NCBI GenBank assembly: GCA_001599295.1
Contig: BCGN01000010.1
Span: 485,681-505,680, forward strand
DNA from: Sporopachydermia quercuum
Taxonomy: Eukaryota
Length of the DNA: 20,000 nucleotides
Reading direction: 5' to 3'
Positions 1 to 10,100 of this stretch are shown here, one piece after another. The notes under the pieces are model-generated. The model ran no database searches, had not been told where the DNA came from, and saw only the letters and a program-made list of their open reading frames with translations. A program made the position numbers and the translations under genes. Numbering within the stretch: position 1 is the stretch's first letter; every line of letters begins with the position of its first letter.

Positions 1-2
1 TT

Positions 3-611
3 GCTAGAGAAGTTGTAGAACCAGGACAGCCAGCCTATAAGAAAATTGTCTCATACTTCGGCAAGAAAGTTCCTAACCTACTTCATCCAGATGGAACACT
101 GAACAGACCTGAATTGGGTAAAGCAGTGTTCGGACAGCCAGATGAATTAAAGAAACTTAATTCATTTATTCATCCTGAAGTAAGAAAACTCATATTTTGG
201 AGGGTTTTCATACAATGGATTAAAGGTACTCGTTTGGTTATACTAGATGTACCTTTGTTATTCGAAGCTGGTTTAGATATATTTTGTGGGTATTCAGTAT
301 CAGTGATATGTGATAAGGAAGTTCAAATGCGGAGATTGTTAGATAGGGATGATCAGCTATCACCAGAAGATGCTGAGAAAAGAATTAATTCACAAATGTC
401 AACAGAAGAGAAAATCAAACGTTCTGATTTTATTCTTGATAATTCAACTACAATTGATAGTTTGCATAATCAAATTAATAGCCTAGTTAAGTATGTACAA
501 CCATCTCTATTTAGAACATTGCTGGAGCTCATTCCGGTCGTTGGCTTAGGCTTTGCACTTTGGTCAATCCTACATAATCGAACGAGGCAGAGGTTGCAAA
601 AGAGTCTTTGA
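3..611 (+). CDS. CAB5: Dephospho-CoA kinase, 5'-truncated by the window edge
   Basis: The frame is open from position 3 (AREVVEPGQPAYKKIVSYFG...DGTLNRPELGKAVF), so the TTG start in the ORF track is not the real start. CoaE-family motifs: LNSFIHPEVR, VILDVPLLFE, RRLLDRD, DAEKRINSQM, DFILDN. Hydrophobic C-terminal tail as in eukaryotic Cab5/DCAKD. Confidence 0.93.
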   Translation, partial: AREVVEPGQPAYKKIVSYFGKKVPNLLHPDGTLNRPELGKAVFGQPDELKKLNSFIHPEVRKLIFWRVFIQWIKGTRLVILDVPLLFEAGLDIFCGYSVSVICDKEVQMRRLLDRDDQLSPEDAEKRINSQMSTEEKIKRSDFILDNSTTIDSLHNQINSLVKYVQPSLFRTLLELIPVVGLGFALWSILHNRTRQRLQKSL

Positions 612-845
612 ACTACAGAGTGAATTTCCTTAGATCAATCAAATCATTTAAAAACAAAGTATTCTCATCTATTACAGTTAACAGTAATTGAAGAAATAAC
701 CAGTAATAGGCATGTAAAGGCTCTAGAAGGTAATGATCACTCTTATTTTGTAACATAGTCATTTAAAATCAGATTGAATTATGTCATCTTTTATTATTTC
801 CTAAGCTTTCCTTTGTTGCCGTTTTATCCATCTGGCTATCCGATC

Positions 846-853
846 CACGTGAT
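846..853. promoter_or_regulatory. E-box / Cbf1-type site (ATCACGTG on minus strand) upstream of HSP104
   Basis: CACGTGAT matches the reverse complement of RTCACRTG. Motif match only. Confidence 0.35.
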
Positions 854-952
854 ACTTTTTTCTTTGTTTCTATCAATCTTTTCTAATTTCGTGGTCTTGC
901 ATCATTATGCATTTACTCTGCATACAATTCGATATTAAGCATATGCAAGATG

Positions 953-995
953 TTCTAGAATACATGAGAATGTTCTTGAATTTGCTAGAACATTC
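953..995. promoter_or_regulatory. Heat shock element (Hsf1 nGAAn array) for HSP104
   Basis: TTCtaGAAtacatgaGAAtgTTCttGAAttTGCtaGAAcaTTC: nine alternating units at exact 5-bp phase, seven of them perfect, about 500 bp upstream of a classic Hsf1 target. Confidence 0.88.
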
Positions 996-1225
996 TATAA
1001 ATCTGATTACATGTACATAAAAATAGACTTTACCTTTGTGCATGACCTTTTTGTGAATTTCACATGTACATACTAAAACATCTCATTCACTACAGAATCT
1101 AATAGAAAAAGTGACTTTTCAATTGACTTTCAGTTAACTCATCTATTCACTTCTATTAGAGATGATGTGATGCTTCTTTGCTTCACAGCTTCCCTTAAAC
1201 TTGAGGTTATTGTCAGCCTCAGGCA

Positions 1226-1233
1226 TATAAATA
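1226..1233 (+). promoter_or_regulatory. TATA box of HSP104
   Basis: TATAAATA (TATAWAWR) lies between the HSE and the ATG at 1498. Confidence 0.65.
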
Positions 1234-1497
1234 GTCTCTTGTTTCCTTGCTAAGAGTTGCTGGCCCAGACTTGCTCATATACGTTTTTATTCATTAGATT
1301 ATTTGCTTCATTTATCAAATATCACATATGCATTGAATATTGATTATTCATTTATACAACAAAGCGATTGATATTATCATTGTTATTAACCAACAAAAAC
1401 AATAACATAGAAAACTAGAAGTCACTGTTATATACATTAACAGACTTATAATAATAACTACTAGTTATTCATATTTATACTTGAACACACATTCAAA

Positions 1498-4182
1498 ATG
1501 TCGATGGAACAAGATCTAAATCTTACCGATAGAGCTACTCAGATTCTAAGCGATGCTAATAGACTTGCAACTGAACAAAGTCACAGTTCTATTATGCCTT
1601 TGCATATCTTAGCAGCTATGGCAGAGAAACAAGATGGCTCTTCTGAGGTTTCATATCTTCAAACAGTAGTTGAAAAGGCTCATTACGATTTCACTGATTT
1701 CTCAAGAGTCATCAACAGACATTTAGTACGTTTACCTAGTCAAAATCCCCCACCTCCTTATGTTTCATTAGATAACACAACTGCTAAGTTAATCACCAAC
1801 GCCAAGAAGATAAGAAAGAGTCAAAAAGATGAGTTCTTAGCACAGGATCATTTGTTATTAGCCTTACTTCAAGATAGTTCTATTCAAACAATATTGAAAG
1901 AAAGCAACATAAAAGCAAGTGCTTTAGAAAATGCCATTCAAGGTATTCGTGGTAATCAAAGAATTGATTCACGTTCTGCTGATACAAGCTCGAATTTTGA
2001 GTATCTTAATAAATACGCTATCGATCTAACTGAGAAAGCAAGAAAAGGTGAATTGGACCCTGTGATTGGAAGAGATGTGGAAATAAGAAGATGTCTTCAT
2101 GTGTTGGCAAGAAGAACCAAGTCTAATCCTTGTCTTATTGGTGATCCTGGTGTAGGTAAGACAAGTGTGGTTGAAGGTGTCGCTCAAAGAATTATCGACA
2201 ACGATGTTCCAACAGTTTTACAGGGTTGCATTCTGTTTGCCTTAGACGTTGGTGCCTTGAAGGCTGGTGCTAAGTATCAAGGTGAATTTGAGGAAAGATT
2301 AAAAGGTGTTTTAAAGGAAATCGAAGACTCTGATAAGATGATCATTCTATTCATTGATGAAATTCATATGTTGATGGGTGATGGTAAATCAGATGCTGCT
2401 AATTTGCTTAAGCCAATGCTTGCTAGAGGTGCCTTACATTGTATCGGTGCAACTACTGTTGCTGAATACAGAAAATATGTTGAAAAGGATGGTGCTTTTG
2501 AAAGAAGATTCCAAAAGATTGATGTCAAGGAACCTTCCATTCAAGAAACTGTTGCTATTCTAAGAGGTTTACAGAATAAGTACGAAATCCATCATGGTGT
2601 TCGTATTTTAGATTCAGCTTTATTTACAGCTGCTCAATTAGCTTCAAGATATCTTACATACAGGAAACTACCTGATTCTGCAGTCGATTTAATTGATGAG
2701 TCTGCTGCTGCAGTTGCTGTAACAAGAGATTCAAAGCCTGAGGAGCTGGATAATTTAGAACGACAATTACAACTGATTCAAGTTGAAATCAGAGCTTTAG
2801 AGCGTGATGCTGATACTGATAAGCATACAAAGGAAAAATTGCAACAAGCTCGTCAAAAGGAAGCCAGTATTGAAGAACAACTTAAACCTCTTAGAGAATC
2901 GTTCCAAGAAGAAAGAGCTGGCCATGAAGAATTAAACAACCTTAAGAGAAAACTTGAAGAATTGAGGGTCAAGATGCAAGATGCTGAACGTCGTAATGAT
3001 ATTGGAACTGCATCCGATTTGAAGTACTTTGCAATTCCTGATATTCAAAATAAAATCAATCAATTGGAACTAAGCGAAAAGGATGATTCTTTAACCCAAA
3101 ACGTTGTTGATTCAGAAATCATTGCCGAAACAGCTGCAAGACTCACTGGTATTCCTGTTTCAAAGCTAACACAAACCGAGAATGCTAAGTTGATCAACAT
3201 GGAGAAAGAATTGAGCCAACAAGTCGTTGGTCAATCAGAAGCTATCAAAGCCGTTTCCAATGCTGTGAGATTAGCTAGAGCTAATTTGGCCAATCCTAAT
3301 GCTCCACCATCATTCCTATTCCTTGGGTTGTCAGGTTCAGGTAAGACAGAACTAGCAAAGAAACTAGCTGGCTTCTTATTTGCCGATGAGAAAGCTATCA
3401 CCAGAATTGATTGTTCTGAATTGTCTGAAAAGCATTCAGGTTCAAAGCTGATTGGTGCTCCTCCTGGTTATGTTGGCTACGAAGAAGGTGGTATCTTAAC
3501 TGAGGCATTGATCAGAAGGCCTTATTCCGTTGTTTTATTCGATGAGGTGGAAAAAGCTTCACCTGATGTCTTGACAATCTTACTTCAAGTTCTGGATGAT
3601 GGTCGTATCACAAGCTCAGCCGGTAAAGTTGTGAATTGTGCCAACTGTTTGATCATCATGACTTCGAATCTTGGTGCTGAATACATCAATAGAAGTACAG
3701 CTTCTCATATTGATAAGGTCACACAGGATCTTGTTATGAACGCTGTGAGAGCTCACTTCAAGCCAGAATTCCTTAATCGTATTTCTTCCATGATTGTTTT
3801 CAACAGATTATCGAAGAAGGCTATCAAGAAGATTGTGGAAATCAGATTAAGGGAAATCGATGAAAGGTTAGCTGATAACAATAAAAAGATCAAGATTGAA
3901 GTCTCATCTGAAGCTATTGAATATCTATGCAAGCATGGTTATTCAAAGGATTTGGGTGCAAGACCTTTGAACAGATTGATCCAGAATGCTATTTTGAACA
4001 AGCTGGCAGTCTTATTGTTGAGAGATCAAATTAGAGACAACGAGGTAGCCAAAGTTGTATTGAATGCATCTGGTGAGATCGAAGTGTTAGCAAATCATGA
4101 ACCAAGTACAACTGATGAGCCAATGGCTGTTGATAGCTCTGATGATGATGAAGTTATGACCGATGATGAGGATTTGGATTAA
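1498..4182 (+). CDS. HSP104: Heat shock protein 104, cytosolic ClpB-type AAA+ disaggregase (894 aa)
   Basis: Clp N-domain; NBD1 Walker A GDPGVGKT and Walker B ILFIDEIH; pore loops KYQG and GYVG; coiled-coil middle domain; NBD2 GLSGSGKT and VVLFDEVEK; sensor-2 GARPLNR. The acidic DDEDLD C-terminus and lack of a mitochondrial presequence distinguish it from Hsp78. Confidence 0.97.
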   Translation: MSMEQDLNLTDRATQILSDANRLATEQSHSSIMPLHILAAMAEKQDGSSEVSYLQTVVEKAHYDFTDFSRVINRHLVRLPSQNPPPPYVSLDNTTAKLITNAKKIRKSQKDEFLAQDHLLLALLQDSSIQTILKESNIKASALENAIQGIRGNQRIDSRSADTSSNFEYLNKYAIDLTEKARKGELDPVIGRDVEIRRCLHVLARRTKSNPCLIGDPGVGKTSVVEGVAQRIIDNDVPTVLQGCILFALDVGALKAGAKYQGEFEERLKGVLKEIEDSDKMIILFIDEIHMLMGDGKSDAANLLKPMLARGALHCIGATTVAEYRKYVEKDGAFERRFQKIDVKEPSIQETVAILRGLQNKYEIHHGVRILDSALFTAAQLASRYLTYRKLPDSAVDLIDESAAAVAVTRDSKPEELDNLERQLQLIQVEIRALERDADTDKHTKEKLQQARQKEASIEEQLKPLRESFQEERAGHEELNNLKRKLEELRVKMQDAERRNDIGTASDLKYFAIPDIQNKINQLELSEKDDSLTQNVVDSEIIAETAARLTGIPVSKLTQTENAKLINMEKELSQQVVGQSEAIKAVSNAVRLARANLANPNAPPSFLFLGLSGSGKTELAKKLAGFLFADEKAITRIDCSELSEKHSGSKLIGAPPGYVGYEEGGILTEALIRRPYSVVLFDEVEKASPDVLTILLQVLDDGRITSSAGKVVNCANCLIIMTSNLGAEYINRSTASHIDKVTQDLVMNAVRAHFKPEFLNRISSMIVFNRLSKKAIKKIVEIRLREIDERLADNNKKIKIEVSSEAIEYLCKHGYSKDLGARPLNRLIQNAILNKLAVLLLRDQIRDNEVAKVVLNASGEIEVLANHEPSTTDEPMAVDSSDDDEVMTDDEDLD

Positions 4183-4441
4183 ATGGTTAAACAATAAAGG
4201 AAGATAGGTTAGAATTGATTACTTGTATATATTAAATAGAGAAAAAGAATAATTATTATTTATCTTAGTATTAAAAATTTTATAAGTGTAAATAAATAAC
4301 ATTACCCGTTGAGATAGCAATTTAGAGGATAATGGTGACAGCGCACGGTATCTATCTACAATAAACTAACATTGGAATTAAGTATAATACATTAAATCTC
4401 TACCCAAAACTTCTAATATCCTGTCATATACAATAAACCTA

Positions 4442-5567
4442 TTAACTATATGTTTCAATCAAAGTGTCTCTCAGATTGCCAGAAATGGCATCTGGCTGAG
4501 CATCATGAAGTTTGAAAATTGATTCAATAACACTTAATTCTGGTGATGTTGTATCCAATCCTGTGACAGCCAACCAATCATTAACAACCATTCCAGCACC
4601 AACAACTGATGAACCTCTATTGATAGTTCCTGCGACCAGAGGTACTTGTAATAATGATGATAATTCTTCTTGATCTTGAACACTTGTCTGAGGATGAACT
4701 AACCCACCTTGATTGGATAATGAACAATAACTACCAACTAAAACATTACCAGCAATTGTTTGACGAAATACTTCAACTCCTAACACATCAGCAATGATTT
4801 CTTCAGTTTCGCGTTCAATATCAGGGTGCACTAAGGCAACATAGTCATTACAGCAAATTACATTACCTAAAGCTGATAATCGCTCTTCAACACGTTGAAT
4901 CTTAACACTTTCAGGAAGACTATTTCTTAAATGTTGTAATTCTTGATCTGTGGTTTGAGTTGGAACCAATAGCCCTCGTCGGTTACCTGCGGTCATTCTA
5001 CCAATTATCCGGCTACCAGCAATTGTAGTATGCACTATAGGAATAACGTCAGCTACTTCTGCTTCAAAAGTGCTGTAGAAGTTCTCAGATCCTCCAACTG
5101 CCACCAGACAGTATGAATTAGTTAATTTCGAGAAAACTCCAATTCTGCCATGTTAGTAAAAAATGGTATTAAAAAGTTGAACTTTCAGAAATAAAAACAA
5201 AATAGTTTTATGATGTCTAATGTTGTGCTGTGTTATGAGATAGTTGAACCAAAAGCCTGTAATATACTGAATAGGTCAACTAAGTATTAATCTCTAGAAT
5301 CTCTAGTATACAACTCCTATTTCTCTCTCGTTCAGCTGTAACTGAATTACAATCATAACTAATAAGCCTCCTATTTATTGCTCTTCAGCTTTCTTATCAC
5401 CATAAATAATCGAACTAATCTTTGTTCCAGACATATAAGCTACCACTTACTCATTGGAGTTTTCAAACTAGTAAACTGTTAGAATGACTGACTATGCAAG
5501 TATAGAGAAAGAGTTAAACAATTCTCTCAATTTCATTGTAAGTACTTACTTGAGCTCTTGTAGCCAT
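4442..5567 (-). CDS. TIF6: Eukaryotic translation initiation factor 6 / 60S biogenesis factor; exons 5567-5550, 5467-5451, 5144-4442 (245 aa)
   Basis: The spliced product reads [36 protein letters not shown]...[12 protein letters not shown]. 18+17+703 = 738 nt = 245 aa plus stop, matching the conserved eIF6 N-terminus and length. Both junctions are GT...AG. Confidence 0.96.
5145..5450 (-). other. TIF6 intron 2 (306 nt)
   Basis: Donor GTAAGT at 5450, branch TACTAAC, then ATGGCAG acceptor ending at 5145. It splits the Glu codon GA|A of conserved NSNEIGVF. Confidence 0.92.
5468..5549 (-). other. TIF6 intron 1 (82 nt)
   Basis: Donor GTAAGT at 5549, branch TTCTAAC at 5484-5478, acceptor TAG at 5470-5468. 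Splicing restores the conserved Q-F junction. Confidence 0.9.
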
Positions 5568-5845
5568 TTTTACGAATCTATTTCAATACTTTTGTTAATT
5601 TCCTTAGATATGTTGCATCAATCTAATCTCTTTGAGTACTGTATTAATACTCAGTACTACCACCAACTTTACAGTGTGAACTTCCGAAACCAACAATAGA
5701 TAAAACTATAGTGAAATTGCTCAAATAGTAAACCGATTGACAAGGAATTATACAATTACTTTATTTCAAACAAGTTTCAACGAAAATTGCAGGAATAAAA
5801 GAACACAATGTGGCAAACAGCTGAATTATATGTTTGTTTAATAAA

Positions 5846-5899
5846 GAAAAAATTTTGTTCTGTTACTTATGAATCGTGAATCGATGGGATAAATTTTCA
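5846..5899. promoter_or_regulatory. RRPE-like elements in the TIF6 promoter
   Basis: GAAAAAATTTT (5846-5856) and AAATTTTCA (5891-5899) lie about 300 bp upstream of a ribosome-biogenesis gene. RRPE is established for this regulon, but the motif is AT-rich and easy to match by chance. Confidence 0.5.
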
Positions 5900-6197
5900 A
5901 GGGATGGGATATGAGACAGTAAAAGGAGACCGGAGACAATAACAAGGGGAATTACTTACTCCGCTGACTGGCGAATTCTTGTTGTGCTAATTGATAGAAT
6001 GGAAGAAGGAGTTTAATTCTTACAGAGAAATTTGATTATATCTTCATAGTATCTGTTCAACAGTAATAAAATGAATAGAGAGCAAACATAACAAAATATT
6101 GCTCTTTTGACGAGTATTACAGTTCTATTTCTTTTCACTTACCTGAGTAATATCCGATATTGATTGAGATTAGGACAGATAGTTTCCGATATAATAT

Positions 6198-6207
6198 ATC
6201 ACGTGAC
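6198..6207. promoter_or_regulatory. Palindromic Cbf1/bHLH site in the TIF6-STT4 divergent intergenic region
   Basis: ATCACGTGAC matches RTCACGTG on both strands. Confidence 0.5.
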
Positions 6208-7147
6208 TTAAATATTGAAAATTCTATAAGCATGAAAATGGAATAAGTGCGAAATGCTTAGGAAGTGGATAGTTTTCGTCACATCTTCGATCTTCCAGAG
6301 TGTAAGTTGAACTCAATTATTCTTTACTGCCCGAGGAAAATACAACTGTCTATAACCACTCAAGTTATGCTGAACACTTAGAACAACTCTTATAGCTCCG
6401 AGATAAGCCATGTTCTCAGAACTTTCAGAGGAATAGAAAAAGAGGGGTGGGTATACTGAAGACTGGACTTGACTCTCTGGAAACTAATTTACTTGACAGT
6501 AATAAGAAATGAGAACTATAAACTGGATATCATATATACTAGAGTATATGGCTTACTATTTTATCCAATATTAGATAACCTATAAGTAAAGTAGAATACA
6601 TTATGACAGTTATAGTATACATAGTAGCTAATGTCTCCTTTCATTTAGGTATTTGTTTCTTGTATTCGATATAGTCTCCGTAATGCTCTTACTATACGTT
6701 ATGGGACTAATACCTCTTGATACTTTTACACTAACTATCTTGACATTCTGCTCTGAATTTCAGATTATAATTATTAATACTGTTCTTTTGTATATTTTAT
6801 TTTAATTTCAGAATAGTTCTTCATGGATACTTCAGAATGACCTTCTTTTTCACTATAGATTTTTCTTCAAAATCTTCTGACTTCATGTCTCCTCGTATGC
6901 TCTTTTTCATAATCTCCGAAATTTGAATTCCGGAAATCTTCCTCTTTCTTAAACCCGTGCTTTCACCGATGTCACTAACCAATTGACGACTCTATCACCA
7001 TTTATCACAATCTAAAAGTATTCTATTAACGAAAGATAAATGAAACAAAAATAATTTACTTACTAAAGAGCATATTATACTGATAACTGTAGTATATTTT
7101 CATTTTGTTAGACTACGTTTCAGTATAAAGACAGATTTTCATCAACA

Positions 7148-10100
7148 ATGGATTGTTTTGGGTACGTATACTTTTACTTCATTACAGAACGAAAAATATA
7201 TAATAATACAAAATGTTATAAAAAAAATGCTATTACAAGTGAAGCTATATCATTACATTCATTACTCCTTTATATCTGGTTCTATGTTCATCTGATTTTA
7301 CCTGTCCTCCGTCTGCTACTGATTATTAACGAATTCCAACAGGGTGCCTCGAGGAACGATCCGCAGCGATGCTTTGTTCAGATTAGCCAAGCACGACTTC
7401 TCGTGGGACAAATCGTTGGGCTTAGGAAATAACCAAGGACTGAAGTTTCTTGATAGAGATATATTCAATGCCAAGGATGTCAGTGATAGTAGCTGTAAAT
7501 TTGTTGATTCTTCAAAGGATTTAAAGAATATCTTAGATGTCTTGCAAAATGCTCAACGAGGATCTAACGAGCTGCCGATGTCATTTGGTGAATTTCAAAT
7601 TCTGGAATCCTTGTGTAAAGCTGCTCCGTATGCCATAAATGAAGAAATAGCTGTTCAATTCATCAATCAAATCAAAAGGTATATTTCTGAAGCTCCTTTC
7701 CAGAAGTTTGGTATCAGTGCAAGATTTTGGTCAGATGCTCATAGTCCTTGGTATACATTGACTAAGGTTTTGTTTACTGCTGTTGTCAAACTATCTGTGA
7801 AATTCAAATCACTGTTTTCTGTTTACGAGGAGATCTTTCATGCATTTTTACAATCCGTCAGAACCAATGTTGAGAATTTGAGTAAAGACATTGAAAGTAA
7901 TGCTGACACATTGTTTCCAATTCTTTTCTCGTTCTTAGGACTCGTAGACGTTTTGAAAGATGACAATGTTATCTACAAGTTGGAATTGTATGAACCATTG
8001 TTGGATATCTGTAAGAACCAAATGTTTTCATTGATTGATGAACTTACGAAGCCTTTCAAAAGCGTTCTGCATGATCTTGGTACAGGTATTACTATTGGTT
8101 TTGATATTAGCAATCTTGCATCTAAAGGTGGTATCGGTACAACTAATGGCAACGAAAGCTCAGTTGAAGATTCTTTGGCAGACTCACCAACCGCTGATTA
8201 TAGAGGACCTGGTGAAACTGGTAAATCCAACGGTAACTTAGTGCTGAATGACGAAAGTGTGAACGGTAATTTTATAGCTCCCACCGATCCTATCAGTACT
8301 AATCCGTTGTTTAATACTTCTATCACGAGTAACTCCAATTGGTTCAGATTCTATAANGAATATCTAGCAATGAAACAACCTTTGAGCTCTTCGTTATTAA
8401 GAATGCACCTTGCCCGAGTTGGAACTTCTCTTGCTAGAACAACGTTAGTGGGCTTGAAGCCTAATGAAAGTGTATACGATCATATTCTATCAAGCGAGCT
8501 TCCTCAGGTGAAAAAAGCCCGTTCTTTAAATCACGCTTCCGATGGTACTACAACTGCACAAGATAATGCTTCGATGGATCGCCAACTAACAAAATCGTCA
8601 CATGATCATGAATCCCAGGTTTCTCTTATCAATCCTAGGGTTAAGAAAGCCCATCTCAAACGACTGAGCGATCTCATGCAGGAAGCTATTCATTCTCTAG
8701 ATCATAATGGCACCTCAGGGCTTGCAGCCGTTGATGAAGCTGAATTGAGATTTCAGGCAAAAGCTCTTGCCATGGAAAGTTTCGCTATTTGTTTAGTATA
8801 CAACTGTGTGGATTATGAAGTACTAGCAACGTTGATCACCAACTCATTATTAAACGTGGCTGAGTGTTTCCATAGTAAATTGGGCATTAGTATTTTCGGT
8901 CTAGGTGCTGTTGCTTGTATTGGTGGCGACAATCAAATTGGGGAAATTGTTACCAAAGGTTTCTACGATTTGGTAGTTCAGCCGCATTTTCCTATGGAGA
9001 ACATTTCCGTTATTTCAAGATATCTTGGCTGGGGCCTCAATGGATTATCCCAGGATGCATTAGTTACTATTATCTATGCTTTGAGCAATACTCTGAATAC
9101 AACAGCTACGGTAAGTTCTTTGTCTGGAGATTCGGCCAATGAAAAGTTCTGGTTGCGAGCAGGAACAATTCTGCATTCAGGGAAAGCAGGAGCCAAGCAT
9201 TCTTCGCGCAATGCTGTTCATGCTATTGTTATGCTTACAAAACATTATAATGATGATAGGATTAACACTATGACTGTTTCAATGCTTGGACAGAAAATCG
9301 TCAACGCTTCATCTCAAGTTAATGATTTAGTACTTATGGGCTTAGCTGAATTAGCTGTCACTGTTTCGAGAAAGGAATTCCTTATCATTATGAAACAAAT
9401 CTCAGCTTCTGTTTGGTCTGCATTTAAATCAAATTCTAATGGCAATACCAATGTTAATAATGCCAATGAAAATGGAGAATTGTCCAAAACTAAACAAGCA
9501 TATATGCTTATTAGTTCTCAGCTCAAACCTGATCATCATTTATATAAAGTCTACTTGCAAACCCTTTTGACAGAAATAGTTAACAGAGGAGATGTGCTAG
9601 TATTGGAACATCACAGATCTCATGTTGAGATTTCTGCTGTTGCGGAAGAAATCGGATTCTATTTATTGCCATTGGCTAAACTTCTTCCCGATATCTCGGA
9701 ACCAAGCTTGGAAATTTCCGATTTATCGCTAATTTCCTTATTTGCTAATACTTGGTATAACATGGTTGTACATGGATTTACTCCGGATGCTCCTACCACA
9801 GCTCGGTTCCGGTCGGAGCTTAAAATCATTGCTTACAACTCTCCACCTTTGGCATCGGAATTGTCATCAGGCAAAACGGAAACTTCATTAGATTTAAATC
9901 CCGTGTTGAAAAGAGGTTCGTCTAATCATAATATAAAAGATCTTCGGAATATTGTTGCAACTTTATTCAAAATGAATGGTCTCGAGCTTAAAGCATTATC
10001 TTATCCGAAATTAATGTTTATCTCTTCCGCTTTGCTATTGGAAAATCTCCGGTCTTCCACAGGTAGTTCTTCGGAACCTTTCCGTTATTTCTGGGATAGA

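Noticed and set aside
2378..2563. Short ORF inside HSP104 (likewise 8035-8241, 8915-9142, 10754-11158, 12139-12324, 14823-15050, 15086-15286, 16655-16879, 18310-18567, 18359-18751)
   Set aside because: Out-of-frame or antisense shadows of long conserved genes with no recognisable domains. The Ser/Leu-rich ones mirror acidic tracts on the other strand.
5484..5699. 71-aa plus-strand ORF
   Set aside because: Antisense to TIF6 exon 1, intron 1 and the 5' leader, with no recognisable homology.
6198..6335. Point centromere starting at CDEI-like ATCACGTG
   Set aside because: No very AT-rich CDEII tract and no correctly spaced CDEIII on either side.
5954..7063. Minus-strand GTAAGT donor-like hexamers (5959, 6142 with CAG|GTAAGT, 7063) suggesting a hidden spliced gene or 5' UTR intron
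   Set aside because: No convincing branch/acceptor partners or spliced ORF could be assembled. Three hexamers in 1.5 kb of AT-rich DNA is only slightly above chance.
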